Below, piece by piece: positions 61,785-64,000 of a DNA stretch of 64,000 nt. Position 1 is the first letter of the stretch, and each line of letters opens with the position of its first letter. The DNA comes from Spirochaetia bacterium (GTDB taxonomy: Bacteria; Spirochaetota; Spirochaetia; SZUA-6; Bin103). The stretch lies in assembly GCA_965208575.1 (NCBI GenBank), contig CBDBOV010000005.1:1184001-1248000 (forward strand). Direction: 5' to 3'. The notes below the pieces were generated by a model, which saw only the letters and a list, made by a program, of their open reading frames with translations, did no database searches and was not told the origin of the DNA. Both the position numbers and the translations under genes were made by a program.

Positions 61785-63386
61785 ATGTACGGTCCTGCCG
61801 CCGGCGGGCCCGACGGCAGCGCCGGGCGGACCGCCGTGCCTGACGAGCGTGGCGGAGCGAGTTTCAAGCTCGACCGGATCACCAGCGAGATTCGCCGGCG
61901 AATCGAGCGCTTCGAGGCGCCGCTGGAGGCCAGTGAAGTCGGCACGGTGCTGTCGGTAGGCGACGGCATCGCCCGCATCAGCGGGCTGTCGGGAGTGATG
62001 GCCACCGAGCTCCTGGAGTTCCCCGGCGGCGTGCAGGGTATTGCCCTCAACCTGGAGCCGGACGTGGTGGGAGCGGTAATCGTCGGCGAGTACGCCCACA
62101 TCGAAGAGGGAGCGCTGGTCAAGGGCACCGGGCGTATCGCGTCGATTCCGGTCAGCGACGACCTGATCGGGCGCGTGGTAAACGCCAACGGCGTCCCGGT
62201 GGATGGGCAAGGCCCGATCCGCGCCACCGCGACCATGGCGATCGAGCGGGTTGCGCCGGGCGTGGTGGAGCGCGTCAACGTGGACACGCCGGTGCAGACC
62301 GGCATCAAGGCGATCGACTCGATGACCCCGATCGGCCGCGGCCAGCGCCAACTCGTGATCGGCGACCGCCAGACCGGCAAGACCGCGCTCGCGGTCGACA
62401 CCATCATCAACCAGAAGGGCAAGGATCTGATCTGCGTGTACGTGGCCATTGGCCAGCGCCAGGGTCAGATCGCGCAGGTGGTGGCCACGCTGCGCGAACA
62501 TGACGCCATGGAGCACACCATCGTGGTGGTGGCCGGGGCAGCCGATTCGGCGCCGCAGCAGTACGTCGCCCCGTACGCCGGCTGCGCCATCGGCGAGTAC
62601 TTCATGGAGCAGGGCAGGGACGTGCTGGTGGTGTACGACGACCTGAGCAAGCACGCCTGGGCATACCGGCAGATCTCGCTGCTGCTGCGCCGGCCGCCCG
62701 GCCGCGAGGCGTATCCGGGCGACGTGTTCTACCTGCACTCGCGCCTGCTGGAACGGGCCGCGCGGCTGTCGCCCGAGCGCGGCGGCGGATCGCTCACCGC
62801 GCTGCCGATCATCGAGACCCTGGCCGGCGACGTGAGCGCGTACATCCCCACCAACGTCATCTCGATCACCGATGGGCAGATCTACCTGGAGTCGGACCTG
62901 TTTTACGCCGGCCAACGCCCGGCCGTGAACGTGGGCCTGTCGGTGTCCCGGGTCGGCGGCGACGCCCAGACCAGGGCGATGAAGCAGGTGGCCGGGCAGT
63001 TGCGGCTCGACCTTGCGCAGTACTACGCGTTGGCGGCGTTCGCACAGTTCGGCTCCGACCTGGACCAGACCACGCGCGGCCAACTGGAACGCGGTCAGCG
63101 CCTTACCGAGCTGCTCAAGCAGCCGCAGTACCGGCCGCAGGAGCTGGCCCACCAGGTGATCGGCATCTTCGCCCTGACCCGGGGCTTTGCCAACGGCGTG
63201 CCGGCAAGCGCTATCTCCGGCTACGCGGACGGCCTGGTTGCGCACATCGCGGGCACGCAACCGGCGATCATTCGCGGCATCGATGCCGAGCTGCAGCTTA
63301 CCGAAGAAATCGAGGCGAGCCTGTCCGCCGCCGTGCGGCAATACACGCGGCAGGCCGGCTACGAGGTGACGGAGGGCCAGGCCTAG
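61785..63386 (+). CDS. atpA: F0F1 ATP synthase subunit alpha
   Basis: [47 protein letters not shown]; exact start uncertain. Confidence 0.97.
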   Translation: MYGPAAGGPDGSAGRTAVPDERGGASFKLDRITSEIRRRIERFEAPLEASEVGTVLSVGDGIARISGLSGVMATELLEFPGGVQGIALNLEPDVVGAVIVGEYAHIEEGALVKGTGRIASIPVSDDLIGRVVNANGVPVDGQGPIRATATMAIERVAPGVVERVNVDTPVQTGIKAIDSMTPIGRGQRQLVIGDRQTGKTALAVDTIINQKGKDLICVYVAIGQRQGQIAQVVATLREHDAMEHTIVVVAGAADSAPQQYVAPYAGCAIGEYFMEQGRDVLVVYDDLSKHAWAYRQISLLLRRPPGREAYPGDVFYLHSRLLERAARLSPERGGGSLTALPIIETLAGDVSAYIPTNVISITDGQIYLESDLFYAGQRPAVNVGLSVSRVGGDAQTRAMKQVAGQLRLDLAQYYALAAFAQFGSDLDQTTRGQLERGQRLTELLKQPQYRPQELAHQVIGIFALTRGFANGVPASAISGYADGLVAHIAGTQPAIIRGIDAELQLTEEIEASLSAAVRQYTRQAGYEVTEGQA

Positions 63387-63405
63387 CGCCTGGCAGACCG
63401 CAGCC

Positions 63406-64000
63406 GTGGCATCGATTCGCGAACTGCGCAAGCGCATTCGCAGCATCCGCAACCTGTCGCAGGTCACCCGCGCCATGGAGATGGTGGCGGCGTCGCGCAT
63501 GCGCCGGGCGCAGGAACAGGTCACCGCTTCCCGTCCCTACGCCGCCAAGGCATGGGAGTTGCTCACCCAACTCGTCGCCCAGGGGGCGGTGGTGGACGTG
63601 CAGGCGCCGCTGCTCACCGACCGCGACCCGGTGCGCGCGGTGGCACTGATCCTGATTACCGGCGACCGCGGGTTGGCGGGCAGCTACAATTCGGCGATGG
63701 TGCGCGCCGCCACTCAGTTCCTGAACAGCAGGGACGGTGCCCGGCAGCGCCTGATCACGGTCGGGCGCAAGGGCCGCGACGCCATGTTGCGCGCCGGCTA
63801 CACGATCGAGGCGGAGTTCGGCGACCTGCCCGAGCGGCCGCGGGAGCGCGACGTGACGCCGATCGCGCGGCTTGCCAGCGACGGCTTTCTCAGCGGCGCC
63901 AGCGACGCGGTGTATATCGGTTACACTGACTTCATCAGCGTACTGCGGCAGCAGCCCTGGGTGCGCCAGCTCCTGCCGCTGCACCCGGATGCGTTGACCG
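63406..64000 (+). CDS. atpG: F0F1 ATP synthase subunit gamma (3'-partial)
   Basis: GTG start; IRELRKRIRSI.N..QVTRAMEMVAASRMRRAQ, ITGDRGLAG.YN; runs off the window. Not in the ORF track. Confidence 0.95.
   Translation, partial: MASIRELRKRIRSIRNLSQVTRAMEMVAASRMRRAQEQVTASRPYAAKAWELLTQLVAQGAVVDVQAPLLTDRDPVRAVALILITGDRGLAGSYNSAMVRAATQFLNSRDGARQRLITVGRKGRDAMLRAGYTIEAEFGDLPERPRERDVTPIARLASDGFLSGASDAVYIGYTDFISVLRQQPWVRQLLPLHPDALT

Overview
High-GC bacterial chromosome segment. Core genes and their order look Spirochaetota-like (LptD-like gene, pentapeptide/MBL pair, phoH-ybeY-corC-pgk-tpiA-secG). Accessory content (giant Calx-beta autotransporter-like adhesin, ankyrin and TPR proteins, DUF4338-ISAs1 element) resembles sponge/invertebrate symbiont genomes; this host inference is not proven. 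From left to right: (1) a 5'-truncated adhesin of >2700 aa with near-identical 735-bp repeats; (2) a folate/corrinoid C1 locus (cobW-like, fhs, MetF-MetV fusion, AcsE-like methyltransferase, PF13769 protein) interrupted by an ankyrin gene and a collapsed ATPase/TPR pair; (3) a lipoprotein of unrecognised repeat modules and coiled coils next to a MarR-ABC exporter; (4) a complete ISAs1-family element with 17-bp IRs and an 8-bp target duplication; (5) a YchF homolog lacking G-domain motifs; (6) a candidate amino-/ether-lipid processing cluster (PlsC-like, SCP2, FumI-like aminotransferase, reductase, AGMO-like hydroxylase) beside pdxST/yggS; (7) housekeeping genes (rluD, rsgA, mutS2, uvrA, lptD-like, phoH, ybeY, corC, pgk, tpiA, secG); (8) a Chloroflexi-like F-type ATP synthase operon running off the right edge. 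Three genes are followed by degenerate copies of their own 3' end including the stop codon. No tRNA, rRNA or CRISPR array was seen. All family calls come from motif recognition by eye and were not checked by database search.
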